IMG/VR virus record: IMGVR_UViG_3300010938_000024
From: an uncultured virus (IMG/VR IMGVR_UViG_3300010938_000024)
Lineage: Duplodnaviria > Heunggongvirae > Uroviricota > Caudoviricetes
Reading direction: 5' to 3' (one strand)
Length of the DNA stretch: 64,000 nucleotides
Of this stretch, positions 18,937 to 28,866 are shown piece by piece. How positions within the stretch are numbered: position 1 is the stretch's first letter; each line of letters starts with the position of its first letter. Made by a program: the position numbers and the translations under genes. Below the pieces are notes generated by a model. That model was not told where the DNA came from. It searched no databases and saw nothing but the letters and a program-made list of their open reading frames with translations.

Positions 18937-19479
18937 TTAGACTTGTCTGGATGTATTTTTAGGGATGGATTTAAATTCCCTAATAAAATTTTCAAATTTT
19001 AAATTTAGAGTACCATAGTCCTTTGAATTTATTATACATTCTCCTACTAAATAATCCCTAATATAAAATTTTACCACATCAATATATCTACCTATATCAA
19101 TAGACATATTAAGATTATATGTTTCTGGACTAAATATCTTACTTAAAATATTATTCATTGTAAAAAGTTTTTTCAATTCTCTTATATAATAAATTCTTCT
19201 ATCATCTACAAAAAAGATTGTTGGAAATACTGTATAAATCACTTTTCCTTCAGATCTATTTTTTACAGTATCTTCAGGATAATTTTCATAATGAGTCTCC
19301 ACAAGTTCCCCAAAATCATTAATTGAATAAGTTATCCCTTTCGGATTCACAACAAATACATCAGGCTTAAAATTTATATCTATTGATCTAAAAATGTCTT
19401 TATTCCTATCCAGATACCAATTATTCCCGAACAAATAATGCTCGGAAATATGAATGTTTTTTAAACACACAGTTCGCAT
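18937..19479 (-). CDS. hypothetical protein
   Basis: 180-aa ORF with AGGAGG SD. Confidence 0.6.
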   Translation of the reverse strand: MRTVCLKNIHISEHYLFGNNWYLDRNKDIFRSIDINFKPDVFVVNPKGITYSINDFGELVETHYENYPEDTVKNRSEGKVIYTVFPTIFFVDDRRIYYIRELKKLFTMNNILSKIFSPETYNLNMSIDIGRYIDVVKFYIRDYLVGECIINSKDYGTLNLKFENFIREFKSIPKNTSRQV

Positions 19480-19512
19480 TTTTTCCTCCTTTCTTTAAAA
19501 TTATTTTTTTCC

Positions 19513-20280
19513 TTATAACAGAATTTTCAATTGCCTGGAAAAATCATAAATTCTTTTCTCGGCAACTTTACAATAATCAGAATTTATCTCAATTCCTATA
19601 TAATTCCTGTTATTTTTATAAGCTGCTAAAGGAATAGTTCCAACCCCACAGAAAGGATCCAATACCAAATCATTTTCATTAGTCCAGTATTTTATAAATA
19701 ACTCGGCTATCTTTAAAGGCTTCTGCGTAGGATGAACTGTATTGTTAAATTTAATCCTTTCTTTACCTCCTACTATCGGAACTATCATATAATCAGGCTG
19801 ATGACCTAATTGATAATTATAAACTAATTTCCCTCCTGGTTTCTGCCACAACCCAATCATTTCCCAACCAGTAGCCCATTTCACCATTCTTACTTGGGGG
19901 ACCGGATTTTTCTTAAGGTGAGAAAAATATCCTTTATTTTTAAAAGAATACTTGTTTTTCAAATAATAAGAAACAAAATTTATCTTATCTCTATCAAACC
20001 AAGTAGCAAATATCCTACCTGGCTTCAAAACCCTAACACATTCATCCACCCACAAAAAAGTAAAACTAAAATAATCATCTAAAGATAAAAAACGATCCCA
20101 ATCTCCAAAATTTAAACTTATATCCTTTCCTTTAAACTTCATTTTATTACGACCCCTGCTAATTCTAATCTCAGATGAAATATTATACGGAGGGTCTGTA
20201 AAAACCATATCTACACTCTCATCAGAAATAGATTTAAGAACTTCTAAACAATTTCCTTGAATTATTTTGTTTATTTCCAT
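19513..20280 (-). CDS. DNA methyltransferase, beta class (DPPY; probably N6-adenine)
   Basis: TDPPY, HPTQKP, VLDPFCGVGT. Confidence 0.92.
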   Translation of the reverse strand: MEINKIIQGNCLEVLKSISDESVDMVFTDPPYNISSEIRISRGRNKMKFKGKDISLNFGDWDRFLSLDDYFSFTFLWVDECVRVLKPGRIFATWFDRDKINFVSYYLKNKYSFKNKGYFSHLKKNPVPQVRMVKWATGWEMIGLWQKPGGKLVYNYQLGHQPDYMIVPIVGGKERIKFNNTVHPTQKPLKIAELFIKYWTNENDLVLDPFCGVGTIPLAAYKNNRNYIGIEINSDYCKVAEKRIYDFSRQLKILL

Positions 20281-20283
20281 TTC

Positions 20284-21069
20284 TTAAAATTCAAACCTTA
20301 ATTGTTTTAATTTATTTAAAATAATTTTATAATATTTTTCACTTAACTCAATCCCTATAAAATTCCTATTTAAATTTTTTGCAGAAATTAAAGAATTTCC
20401 CGCACCTGCAAAAGGATCCAATATAATGTCATTCTTCTTAGACCAAACTTTAATAACTCTTTCACACAATTCTACAGGAAAAGAAGCAGGATGCTCAGAA
20501 TTAGGAATATGTCTGGCTGGAATTTCCCAAATATTACCAGGACATTTGCCTTTTTTATTATATTTCCACTGCCTCTTGTCAATAGTTGCATACTTAGAAG
20601 GCAACCTAACTTCATCTTTATTAAAATAATAATCCTGTGTTTTTGCAAAATGCAAAATCCACTCAAACTTATTCACAAATCTTCTATCACTTACAACCGG
20701 ACATTTATTAGGTATAAACCAAACAATCCTCTCTATAAAAATTAAGGGAATTTTGTAAATTAAATCATCCGATATTAACACAGGAATATTATTCCTTACT
20801 ACATCCATAACATTTACTACAAAATTCCCTGTGTTTTTTAAAATCCTCTTTCCCTCTATCCCTATCTTTACTAAAGAATCTATATAATCTTTGTATGATT
20901 GATTATACCCTATCTCCTTACTGGAATCTGTATATTTATGCAAATTCCAGTAAGGAGGACTAAACCAGATTAAATCTATACTTTCATCCGGAATTTCTTT
21001 GAGAATTTCTAAACAATCTCCTAAATAAACTTTATTTAACTCTAATTGCATAGTAACAATAATCCCCAT
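20284..21069 (-). CDS. DNA methyltransferase, beta class (SPPY; probably N4-cytosine)
   Basis: SPPY, HPASFP, ILDPFAGAG. Confidence 0.92.
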   Translation of the reverse strand: MGIIVTMQLELNKVYLGDCLEILKEIPDESIDLIWFSPPYWNLHKYTDSSKEIGYNQSYKDYIDSLVKIGIEGKRILKNTGNFVVNVMDVVRNNIPVLISDDLIYKIPLIFIERIVWFIPNKCPVVSDRRFVNKFEWILHFAKTQDYYFNKDEVRLPSKYATIDKRQWKYNKKGKCPGNIWEIPARHIPNSEHPASFPVELCERVIKVWSKKNDIILDPFAGAGNSLISAKNLNRNFIGIELSEKYYKIILNKLKQLRFEF

Positions 21070-21277
21070 CTTTTCCTATAAGATATTCTTCACCTACTTT
21101 TAAATCATTAAGCTCTTCCTTAATCCCCTCTGGAAAAAAACCAGTAGTATAAAATTCCTCTACAACCTCATCTATTGTAAAATTGTGATATGTAATATCA
21201 TGATTTACAGAATCAAAATGCCTGTGTACTAAAAGCACATCAAATCTTTTAATTCTTTTTATTTTAGTTTTTTTCAT
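21032..21277 (-). CDS. hypothetical protein
   Basis: 81-aa ORF with SD. Confidence 0.5.
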   Translation of the reverse strand: MKKTKIKRIKRFDVLLVHRHFDSVNHDITYHNFTIDEVVEEFYTTGFFPEGIKEELNDLKVGEEYLIGKDGDYCYYAIRVK

Positions 21278-21951
21278 CTTTTATCTCCTTCTTGATTTAA
21301 TTTTACTATTTTTTTATTAATACTGTCTACTTCCCTTTTCAATTGTCCTAATCTATTTTTATAAAATTTATTTCTAGAAGTAATTATAAACTTCTCATCA
21401 GGAATATCTATATAATTGGTTATTTTATCTATCTGAACTTCAGAACCAAAAAATGTTCTATTGTCATATATCTCCCCTGTTTCAATATCAATTACACTAA
21501 CATCAATAGCATTACCAGAAATAAAATCACTATATAACCTTACTTCCTTTTCTAATATTTCTCTCACTTTATTAAAAGGAATTTTACTTTTTACTAAAGT
21601 TTTTTCCGTTGCAAAAATAAATCCTACCTGTCCCCAATCCCATTTTTGAGGATCAACATGATGAAATCCATAGGTATTCATCCATAGACTACTATGATCT
21701 AATAAATATAGATTTAAAGCACATGCAATTCCAAATTTTCTATCAAGATAATCATAAACCTCATCCCAATCCCTACATGTTGCTCTAACTGTAGATATTA
21801 TATCTTTAAAAAATTCATAATCACCCAACACATACTTTTTATGCAAACAAAACATTTTTCCTATATTTTCTAATTCTCTTGGATTAAGTGCATTTTCACA
21901 ATTGTTAGCTACAATTTTTATAAAATCATTTTCATAAATAATATTTTCCAT
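21274..21951 (-). CDS. conserved-looking phage hypothetical protein
   Basis: LYLLDHS...WD.GQVGFI motif; AGGAGG SD. Confidence 0.6.
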   Translation of the reverse strand: MENIIYENDFIKIVANNCENALNPRELENIGKMFCLHKKYVLGDYEFFKDIISTVRATCRDWDEVYDYLDRKFGIACALNLYLLDHSSLWMNTYGFHHVDPQKWDWGQVGFIFATEKTLVKSKIPFNKVREILEKEVRLYSDFISGNAIDVSVIDIETGEIYDNRTFFGSEVQIDKITNYIDIPDEKFIITSRNKFYKNRLGQLKREVDSINKKIVKLNQEGDKR

Positions 21952-22003
21952 TTATTAATCCTCCTTTTTTATTAAAAACCAGCAAGTATCTACTCCCTTC
22001 AAT

Positions 22004-22228
22004 TTATTGAGAGGAGCAATTACCTAACTCCTTCACACATTTCCAACAGTGAATCTTGTTATCTTTAAAGTTATATTTCCATCCACCTATTTTTAATCTA
22101 TTCCTAAGTCTAGTTTTATCATAATCCTCTATTTCTACTCCACAAATATCGCACTTTACAAAATACGGAAGCCTTGTCCCTATTGGAACATTTGAAGTTA
22201 ATCCCATTTTTTCACCTCCTTTACTCAT
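22004..22228 (-). CDS. small zinc-finger protein
   Basis: CDICG...GW......CWKC. Confidence 0.5.
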   Translation of the reverse strand: MSKGGEKMGLTSNVPIGTRLPYFVKCDICGVEIEDYDKTRLRNRLKIGGWKYNFKDNKIHCWKCVKELGNCSSQ

Positions 22229-22802
22229 CTTTATTACTTCCTTTTATTAACCCCCTCTTTTTCGCTTCTGACAATAATTTCTTTCCCAATTTATATATTT
22301 CTATATCATTTTTTTCTATGTCCGAAATATCTTTTAATAATACATCCTGTGCTAATACACCCATACCATATAATCCTACAGTTTCACTTGCTTTATATCT
22401 TCTCAAAGCATCTATCACCTGTAGTAATAAATTGTCATTCATATTACTTATTTTTGCTATAACACTATTTTTGGTTTTCTTTGGTTCTTCCTTTTTTTGT
22501 TTCAAACCTCTATTCAAAAAATCTTCTATAATTTCTATCAATCTATCTTTCTCAATCTCAAATTCCATAAAATAACTATTATCATTATCCACATTAAATA
22601 TATTTAAATTATAATAAAGTCCATCCAGTGTCCAATAACAGTCATATATCAATAACTCATTTCCACATTTAATTTCTTTCACATATGCCACATTCACATT
22701 TTTCTCTCTTTTTAACTCAGAAAGATGATTTAAAATGTCTAATACCTCAGTTCTTATATTATCATTACAATTTAATAATTCTTTTAATTTCTCACCATTC
22801 AT
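22221..22802 (-). CDS. hypothetical protein
   Basis: 193-aa ORF in operon. Confidence 0.55.
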   Translation of the reverse strand: MNGEKLKELLNCNDNIRTEVLDILNHLSELKREKNVNVAYVKEIKCGNELLIYDCYWTLDGLYYNLNIFNVDNDNSYFMEFEIEKDRLIEIIEDFLNRGLKQKKEEPKKTKNSVIAKISNMNDNLLLQVIDALRRYKASETVGLYGMGVLAQDVLLKDISDIEKNDIEIYKLGKKLLSEAKKRGLIKGSNKDE

Positions 22803-22803
22803 A

Positions 22804-23769
22804 TCATTCTCCTATAGAAACGAGATATTCTTCACCTTTTAGTTTTAGAATAACTCGTCCAATTTCATCATTCCATCTTTCTATAACTGGTCTGATAACA
22901 ATTCCTTCCCTAATCTGATTTGAGCATATAAGACTTTTCCCTTCTGCAAGAGATTTTAATTCTTTACACCATTTCCCTTCATATATTATAGGAACCAAAG
23001 GCTTATGAATTTCTTCAAGAAAAGCCTTTACTTCAGACCATGATAAATATTTTCCATTAATTCTATCCATAACATCAAAGAATGCTATGGTGTACTGTCC
23101 TTTATTCAACCCATAATGTAAGCTCTGTACCCATCCATATATTTCTCCAAATAACATCATATCTGGATAATTCTTTAAAATATCATCTAATTTTTCTTGT
23201 AGAGCAATTCTACCCCAAATATTATTAACATTTACTTTTTTCATCTGTTTATGACTGCCTACCCACAATCTATTATTAATCCAAACAAATCTCGCATTTG
23301 CACCATGTATCTTCTCGGTAATAGCTACATTCTCTCCTTCCTGCAAAATATTGGGATATGCTCTTAATCCTTCCATATCAGTATATTTAGGTATATATAA
23401 ACCTGTAGCCTCTTCTACATCATCTGAAGAAAAAGGTTCAGGTGGTTCATACTTGGTTATTCTTAATTGCTCTCTTACATCCTCGCCTTCTTTCCATTCT
23501 TCTTTTGCCGGTATCAAAAGACCCATAGAAAACACACCTCGGAACTTTCTCGCCTTAATTCTATTATGCCCATCTAGAAATGAAAATTGTGGATCATCTG
23601 AAGGAACCACTGCATCTACTGGAATATATACTGCTTTATCACCAATTCTAAAATCTTCTGTACGAATTACTACTGGATAATCTTGTATTCTTACAATAGA
23701 AAGGTTGTCAGCTCTTGGGTGCTTTTCCATATTATTAATTCTAACGACCTTGACTTTAAATTCGCTCAT
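22804..23769 (-). CDS. RNA ligase, Rnl2/DRB0094 family
   Basis: N-terminal HP.AD.L OB-like domain; TEKIHG, FGEIYG, FFDV, EGIVIR, LK. Confidence 0.9.
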   Translation of the reverse strand: MSEFKVKVVRINNMEKHPRADNLSIVRIQDYPVVIRTEDFRIGDKAVYIPVDAVVPSDDPQFSFLDGHNRIKARKFRGVFSMGLLIPAKEEWKEGEDVREQLRITKYEPPEPFSSDDVEEATGLYIPKYTDMEGLRAYPNILQEGENVAITEKIHGANARFVWINNRLWVGSHKQMKKVNVNNIWGRIALQEKLDDILKNYPDMMLFGEIYGWVQSLHYGLNKGQYTIAFFDVMDRINGKYLSWSEVKAFLEEIHKPLVPIIYEGKWCKELKSLAEGKSLICSNQIREGIVIRPVIERWNDEIGRVILKLKGEEYLVSIGE

Positions 23770-24844
23770 TCCTTACCTCCTTTGCTATTTTATAAATTTC
23801 TGCCAAAGACAAATTATCTTTGATAATAATTTTTTTGCCAGTAATTTTTTCTATCAAAATAGCTGCTTCAGATGGATTAAGTTTTCTGGTTTCAATTACT
23901 TTAAACAGTCTGCCTGGTCTTAACAATGCCTCGTCTATATGATTTATACCAGGCAAATTTGTAGTAAATATACATTTCATTTTAAAAGGAATTAATCCAT
24001 CTGATAAACTTAGTAGATTTGGCATCGCAAAATTCCCTTCTTTTCTTGGACCTAAATCAAAATCCATATCCTCTACTATGAGAAAGGAATTCTCGTTTCT
24101 ATAATTGCTCATCAATTGTGCATAAAAACTATCCTGCATAAGCAATATTCTATCTTTGATATAAGTGACCGTAGGCATACTGTCATTATTTTTCATTCTT
24201 ACATTTAATACACCTACATGCTGTAAAAGCCACCTAATAAATCTAGTTTTTCCAGTTCCAGGTGAACCTCTTAAGATAAGAACATTCTCCTGACTTTTTA
24301 TATATTCATCAAAGATATTTTCTACATTCTCCAAATAAGGATATGCTTCCGGATAAAATGTTTCATCATATTTTACTACAAAACTCTGACTTACAATTCT
24401 ATCACGTACCCATGAATACCAGAATATACATATTTTATCTGTTATATCTATTTTCCCTAAAGAATTAATTAATTCTTCTTTAAGCTTATTAAGTAGATTT
24501 TCTAAATTTTTAGGAGATGATATAATCAATTCTAATTGAATTACTTCTCTAAAATCATAATTTATGTTAATCCTACACCAAACATTTCTATATTCTTTAA
24601 TATATGTATCATCATAAGGAGTAAATCCCTTTTCTAATAACACAGTATGTATTTTATCTTTGGATTCTTGTGGCACATATACATATTTCTTTATAATACT
24701 ACTTTTTGTTCTTTTTAGAAATTTTAGAAATCTAGACTCAATATAAAAGATCTTTGCAGAGTCACTTTCTAAAACTCCTATTGCTTTTAATTCCTTTGGT
24801 TCTGCAGATATTGGTTCTGTATGTGTAAAATATACTTTTGGCAT
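23756..24844 (-). CDS. AAA+ ATPase
   Basis: GSPGTGKT, LIVEDMD, TTN, IDEALLRPGR. Confidence 0.9.
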   Translation of the reverse strand: MPKVYFTHTEPISAEPKELKAIGVLESDSAKIFYIESRFLKFLKRTKSSIIKKYVYVPQESKDKIHTVLLEKGFTPYDDTYIKEYRNVWCRININYDFREVIQLELIISSPKNLENLLNKLKEELINSLGKIDITDKICIFWYSWVRDRIVSQSFVVKYDETFYPEAYPYLENVENIFDEYIKSQENVLILRGSPGTGKTRFIRWLLQHVGVLNVRMKNNDSMPTVTYIKDRILLMQDSFYAQLMSNYRNENSFLIVEDMDFDLGPRKEGNFAMPNLLSLSDGLIPFKMKCIFTTNLPGINHIDEALLRPGRLFKVIETRKLNPSEAAILIEKITGKKIIIKDNLSLAEIYKIAKEVRNERI

Positions 24845-24899
24845 TTTATCCTCCTAAATTTTCCCAGTTTGGCTCAGCAGTTTTTAAACCAAATTTTAT

Positions 24900-26136
24900 A
24901 AAATCCTTGCCGTCTAAAACTCCTGAATTTATTCGTGGAAATATAGACGGCAATCTTTTTACTTGACATTTTAAGCAAATTTAATATATCACATAAAGTA
25001 TGAAAATAACTTACAGATACAGACTTTATCCCACAAAGAAACAGCAAACTATTCTTAATAATACTCTTGAAGAATGCCGTTGGCTTTACAACCATTTCCT
25101 TGAAGAACGCAAGAACTCATGGGAACAAGAAAAGAAATCTCTTAACTATCATTCCCAAGCCGTATCTATTGTCAAACTTAAACAGGATAGACAATCCCTT
25201 TCTGACATCCATTCTCAAGTTTTGCAAAATGTTGCAGTCCGAATAGATCTTGCTTTTAAAGCCTTTTTCCGTAGAGTTAAAGCAGNNNNNNNNNNNNNNN
25301 NNNNNNNNNNNNNNNNNNNNNNNNNNNNNNNNNNNNNNNNNNNNNNNNNNNNNNNNNNNNNNNNNNNNNNNNNNNNNNNNNNNNNNNNNNNNNNNNNNNN
25401 NNNNNNNNNNNNNNNNNNNNNNCAGCCAGAAGGAATTATTAAAACCTGCACTATCAGAAGGTCTGCTACTGGTAAATGGTATGCCACATTCTCCTGTATT
25501 GTAGAACCTAAACCACTTCCAAAATCCGATAAGGCTGTTGGGATTGATGTGGGACTTGTTTCGTTTGCAACTTTCTCCGATGGTAATAAGATAGACAATC
25601 CACGCTTCTTTAGAAAAGACCAAAAAGATATTGCCAAAGTTCAGAGAAAACTGTCCAAAGCCGAGAAGGGAAGCCCTGAAAGAGAGAAAAGACGCAAGGC
25701 AGTTGCTAAAGTGCATGAAAGAATATCCAATAGGCGTGATAATTTTTGTCATCAAGAAGCCAGAAAGATTGTTAATGCCTATGGAACTATTTGTATTGAA
25801 GATTTGTCTATTAATCAAATGGTTCATAATCATTGTTTGAATAAAAGTATTTACGATGTAGCATGGAATAAGTTTGCTCAATACCTGTCCTACAAAGCTG
25901 AAAATGCTGGTAGGATTTTGGTAAGAGTAAATCCTGCATATACAAGCCAAACCTGTAGCAAGTGCGGACATAGAGAAGTTAAAAAACTTTCTGATAGAAT
26001 CTATCATTGCTCCTGTTGTGGCTTTGTATGTGATAGAGACTATAATGCATCTTTAAATGTTTTGAGACTGGGAACACAGTCTTTAGGCTTTGTCTTAGAA
26101 GCCCCTTCCAATCTTTGATTGGTGGGGAATGTTCAC
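24900..26136 (+). mobile_element. non-autonomous IS200/IS605-family (tnpB-only) element 1
   Basis: Left hairpin TTGCCGTCTA...TAGACGGCAA after TTAT (24896-24899); right hairpin CCCC..CCAATC/GATTGG.GGGG ending in GTTCAC; no tnpA seen. Confidence 0.8.
25000..26118 (+). CDS. tnpB: TnpB RNA-guided endonuclease (contains an N gap)
   Basis: YRYRLYPT..Q HTH, GIDVG, IEDL, Zn ribbon, DRDYNAS; all three RuvC acidic residues present. Confidence 0.93.
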   Translation: MKITYRYRLYPTKKQQTILNNTLEECRWLYNHFLEERKNSWEQEKKSLNYHSQAVSIVKLKQDRQSLSDIHSQVLQNVAVRIDLAFKAFFRRVKAXXXXXXXXXXXXXXXXXXXXXXXXXXXXXXXXXXXXXXXXXXXXXXQPEGIIKTCTIRRSATGKWYATFSCIVEPKPLPKSDKAVGIDVGLVSFATFSDGNKIDNPRFFRKDQKDIAKVQRKLSKAEKGSPEREKRRKAVAKVHERISNRRDNFCHQEARKIVNAYGTICIEDLSINQMVHNHCLNKSIYDVAWNKFAQYLSYKAENAGRILVRVNPAYTSQTCSKCGHREVKKLSDRIYHCSCCGFVCDRDYNASLNVLRLGTQSLGFVLEAPSNL

Positions 26137-26538
26137 TTACCGCCTTTTAGTCTGTATTTTCCCATATATTTTCTGCCAATAACTCCATTCTGATTTGGAC
26201 ATTCTTTTTCGCATAATTTCTTCATTCCCAATATTCTTTATCCACAAATAGGCCCATTTTGGGTTTGTTATTCTTTTCATCATTATATTTCTATCTCCTA
26301 TGTCTAATGCCCAATAATAAGCCCATTCTGGATCTGTCACTCTTTTCATCATTATATTCCTATCGCCCACATAAAACCCCCAGTAATAAGCCCACATAGA
26401 AGGTATTCCCTTAGATATTTCTTCTAATGTAGCATCATTAGAAAATTTATTGACATGTTCTATAGCTTTCTTGACTTCTCTTTCACACCATCCGTATTTT
26501 TCTTTCAATATTTTCAATATATCTTTTTTTGTCTTCAT
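26137..26538 (-). CDS. Trp/Tyr-rich 21-aa repeat protein (paralog A)
   Basis: MKTKKDILKILKEKYGWCE N-terminus plus WAYYW...GDR.IM..R.T repeats; likely start overlaps the radical SAM stop. Confidence 0.7.
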   Translation of the reverse strand: MKTKKDILKILKEKYGWCEREVKKAIEHVNKFSNDATLEEISKGIPSMWAYYWGFYVGDRNIMMKRVTDPEWAYYWALDIGDRNIMMKRITNPKWAYLWIKNIGNEEIMRKRMSKSEWSYWQKIYGKIQTKRR

Positions 26539-27398
26539 TTTTTGCCTCCTACAAAAGGACATTTAATATCCTTTGGTCTGTTATTCCATATTTCTTCAAA
26601 ATTTTGTTTCAATAAATTTCCAATAGGGTTTCTAATAAAAGAACATACAAATACATTACCTAAACTATCTATATCACTAAATTTTTTTGATGCTAAACAA
26701 ACATTACATACCATTCCATCTACTGCAATTCTATATTTAGTATGTAATTGTCTAGCTAAATCATATATCTCTAATGAATCTACCTGATTTTCTATATCTC
26801 CATTTACCGGTTTATATGCAAGCAATAATACCTCTGCTTCATATTTTTCTGATAATTTTAAAATATTATCTAAATATTTCATATTATTTTTACTACATAC
26901 AAAATTTATCCCTAATTGAAATCCTTTTTTATATAAATTTTCTAATGCATCTTCAAAAAAACTTTGATTATGCCAAGAAATGTTAATTTGCTTAAAAAAA
27001 TTATTATCTGATATATCATTAAAACCATTTGTGGTCATACATACATTTAAACCTAATGAATTAGCATACTCAGCCAATTCAATATAATCATTTCTGAGGG
27101 TAGGCTCTCCACCTCCAAAAGTTATTTGAAATACTCCAGATTCTGCCAGTTGATTTATTATCTTTTTCCACTCGGCAGTAGAAAGCTCTTCTCCCTTTTT
27201 ATCAACATAACATTCCTTACATCGTAAATTACATTTATTAGAAATTTCCAGATGAACTACCTCTGGAGTAGTATCATCAGGAAATGAAGTGATATTAAAA
27301 TATTTACTAGATTCCTCCCTGCTAAATCTAAATATTGTATTAGTATCAGGTATAAACATTACAACTCCATCTGGAGTGATTTTTACTTTTTTAATCAT
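26535..27398 (-). CDS. radical SAM protein with SPASM/twitch-like C-terminus (PqqE-like)
   Basis: CNLRCKEC, GGGEP, TTNG, C...D..G.V..CSF...GN. Confidence 0.88.
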   Translation of the reverse strand: MIKKVKITPDGVVMFIPDTNTIFRFSREESSKYFNITSFPDDTTPEVVHLEISNKCNLRCKECYVDKKGEELSTAEWKKIINQLAESGVFQITFGGGEPTLRNDYIELAEYANSLGLNVCMTTNGFNDISDNNFFKQINISWHNQSFFEDALENLYKKGFQLGINFVCSKNNMKYLDNILKLSEKYEAEVLLLAYKPVNGDIENQVDSLEIYDLARQLHTKYRIAVDGMVCNVCLASKKFSDIDSLGNVFVCSFIRNPIGNLLKQNFEEIWNNRPKDIKCPFVGGKK

Positions 27399-27679
27399 AG
27401 ATCTAATTCCCGGACTTCTTTATTATATTTTCTTTTTAAAGATTTGTCTTTTTCTAAAAAACCAAAAACTATTCTTTTGAATTGATCAGCAATATACAAC
27501 CTTAATTCTTTTCCATTCCAACTAGCCGGCATCTTATCTACCTTTGATAGAATATCTCTTTTAATGGCATTAATAATACTATTAATAAATTTTATTTTTT
27601 GTTTCTTACTCATAATCATATATAGAGTTTCTGATAGCATACGATTTTTTTTATTCATTGTTTTCCTCCTTTTCAACAA
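27395..27679 (-). CDS. hypothetical protein
   Basis: Basic ORF with P..W.G.ELR motif. Confidence 0.5.
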   Translation of the reverse strand: MLKRRKTMNKKNRMLSETLYMIMSKKQKIKFINSIINAIKRDILSKVDKMPASWNGKELRLYIADQFKRIVFGFLEKDKSLKRKYNKEVRELDL

Positions 27680-28032
27680 CCTATAGGACCATCTATTACT
27701 GGAACTCCTTTACACTTTTCTATTTCTTTATACAAATTCTTATCAGATGGTTTTTTATTATTATAATAACATTTAATAGCATACTCTACTGCTTTTGCAA
27801 GATGTTCAATATCAGCTCCACCTCCAATGTTATCATAAAATATTAATGGTTCTTTGAGTGCATCCTCAAGTTTTATGTATTTCTTTCTCTCAAAATCTTT
27901 ACATGTAGTAATTATTTCATCTACAAAAGCTTTAATACTTTCTCCATCACTAGTATCCACTGATCCTGTAAATCCTTCATATCTGACTATTGCTTCCGAG
28001 CAGTTGGGGTTAAGTAATTTTTCTGTTTTCAT
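27673..28032 (-). CDS. hypothetical protein
   Basis: 119 aa, AGGAGG SD. Confidence 0.6.
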   Translation of the reverse strand: MKTEKLLNPNCSEAIVRYEGFTGSVDTSDGESIKAFVDEIITTCKDFERKKYIKLEDALKEPLIFYDNIGGGADIEHLAKAVEYAIKCYYNNKKPSDKNLYKEIEKCKGVPVIDGPIGC

Positions 28033-28259
28033 TTTATACCTCCTTTTTTGTTGTGATCTTTATCTCCTTTTGGCAAATATTCCGTATCTATATAAGGACT
28101 ATTTTCCATATCCTCTACATATTGTCCATTATAAAATGAATCATCTTCAAATCTTTCTACTGTAAATTTTTCATGCCATAATTTATCCTTACCGTTGAAT
28201 TTTATAAATACACCTGTAGCATAAAAAACATCACCCTCTTTTAAGTAATGTTTGGCCAT
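28029..28259 (-). CDS. hypothetical protein
   Basis: 76 aa, AGGAGG SD. Confidence 0.55.
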   Translation of the reverse strand: MAKHYLKEGDVFYATGVFIKFNGKDKLWHEKFTVERFEDDSFYNGQYVEDMENSPYIDTEYLPKGDKDHNKKGGIK

Positions 28260-28270
28260 TTTTTTAGACC

Positions 28271-28360
28271 TCCTTAAATATTTTGAAATTTAAAAATATA
28301 ATCTCTAGGTATCCAATCCTTAGAAGCCCCTTCCAATCTCTATTGATGGGGACCGTTCAC
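28271..28360 (+). mobile_element. orphan copy of the tnpB element 1 3' end / omegaRNA scaffold end
   Basis: CTTAGAAGCCCCTTCCAATCT identical to 26094-26114, similarity over about 85 nt, ends in GTTCAC. Confidence 0.8.
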
Positions 28361-28851
28361 CCCTCAGAGTTCCGATATGCTGATTCCAATTCTTTTACAA
28401 TTTTCATAGTTTCTTTATCTCCTAATGGTACACCAAGTTTTAATGCTTTTTCACTCATAATTTCTTTATCTCCAATAGTTATTGCCCACAAATTTATCCA
28501 TACTAAGTCTGTTACTCTATTTATCATTACATCTTTATTCCCTATAACCTTGGCCCACCAGTAGGCATATTTTGACTCTGTTATTTTATTTATCATTATA
28601 TCTCTATCACCAATATCTCTAGCCCAACAATATGCCCATGCTGAGTCTGTTATTTTATTTCTCATTATCTTCCTATCTCCTATATACAACCCCCAGTAAT
28701 AAGCCCACATTTCTGGAATTCCTTCCGCAATTTCTTCTATTGTAGCTTTGTCTGAAAAATTAGATACATATTTTATTGCTTTCCTAACTTCTTTTTCACA
28801 CCATCCATATTTATTTTCTTTTAAAATTTCTAATATTTCTTTTTTTTTCAT
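28357..28851 (-). CDS. Trp/Tyr-rich 21-aa repeat protein (paralog B)
   Basis: Clear paralog of 26137-26538; its TGA lies inside the orphan right end. Confidence 0.75.
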   Translation of the reverse strand: MKKKEILEILKENKYGWCEKEVRKAIKYVSNFSDKATIEEIAEGIPEMWAYYWGLYIGDRKIMRNKITDSAWAYCWARDIGDRDIMINKITESKYAYWWAKVIGNKDVMINRVTDLVWINLWAITIGDKEIMSEKALKLGVPLGDKETMKIVKELESAYRNSEG

Positions 28852-28866
28852 TTTTTTACCTCCTTT

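Noticed and set aside
19894..23923. Numerous short plus-strand ORFs (also at 55-58 kb and elsewhere)
   Set aside because: Antisense to well-supported genes, with Phe/Ile/Ser/Leu-rich shadow composition
25286..25421. Run of N within tnpB
   Set aside because: Assembly gap; it may reflect multicopy IS collapse but carries no biological information
25117..26007. Antisense and alternative-frame ORFs across tnpB element 1
   Set aside because: Shadow ORFs, partly kept open by the N gap
28283..28564. 93-aa plus-strand ORF
   Set aside because: Spans the orphan IS end and the antisense strand of a real gene; no RBS
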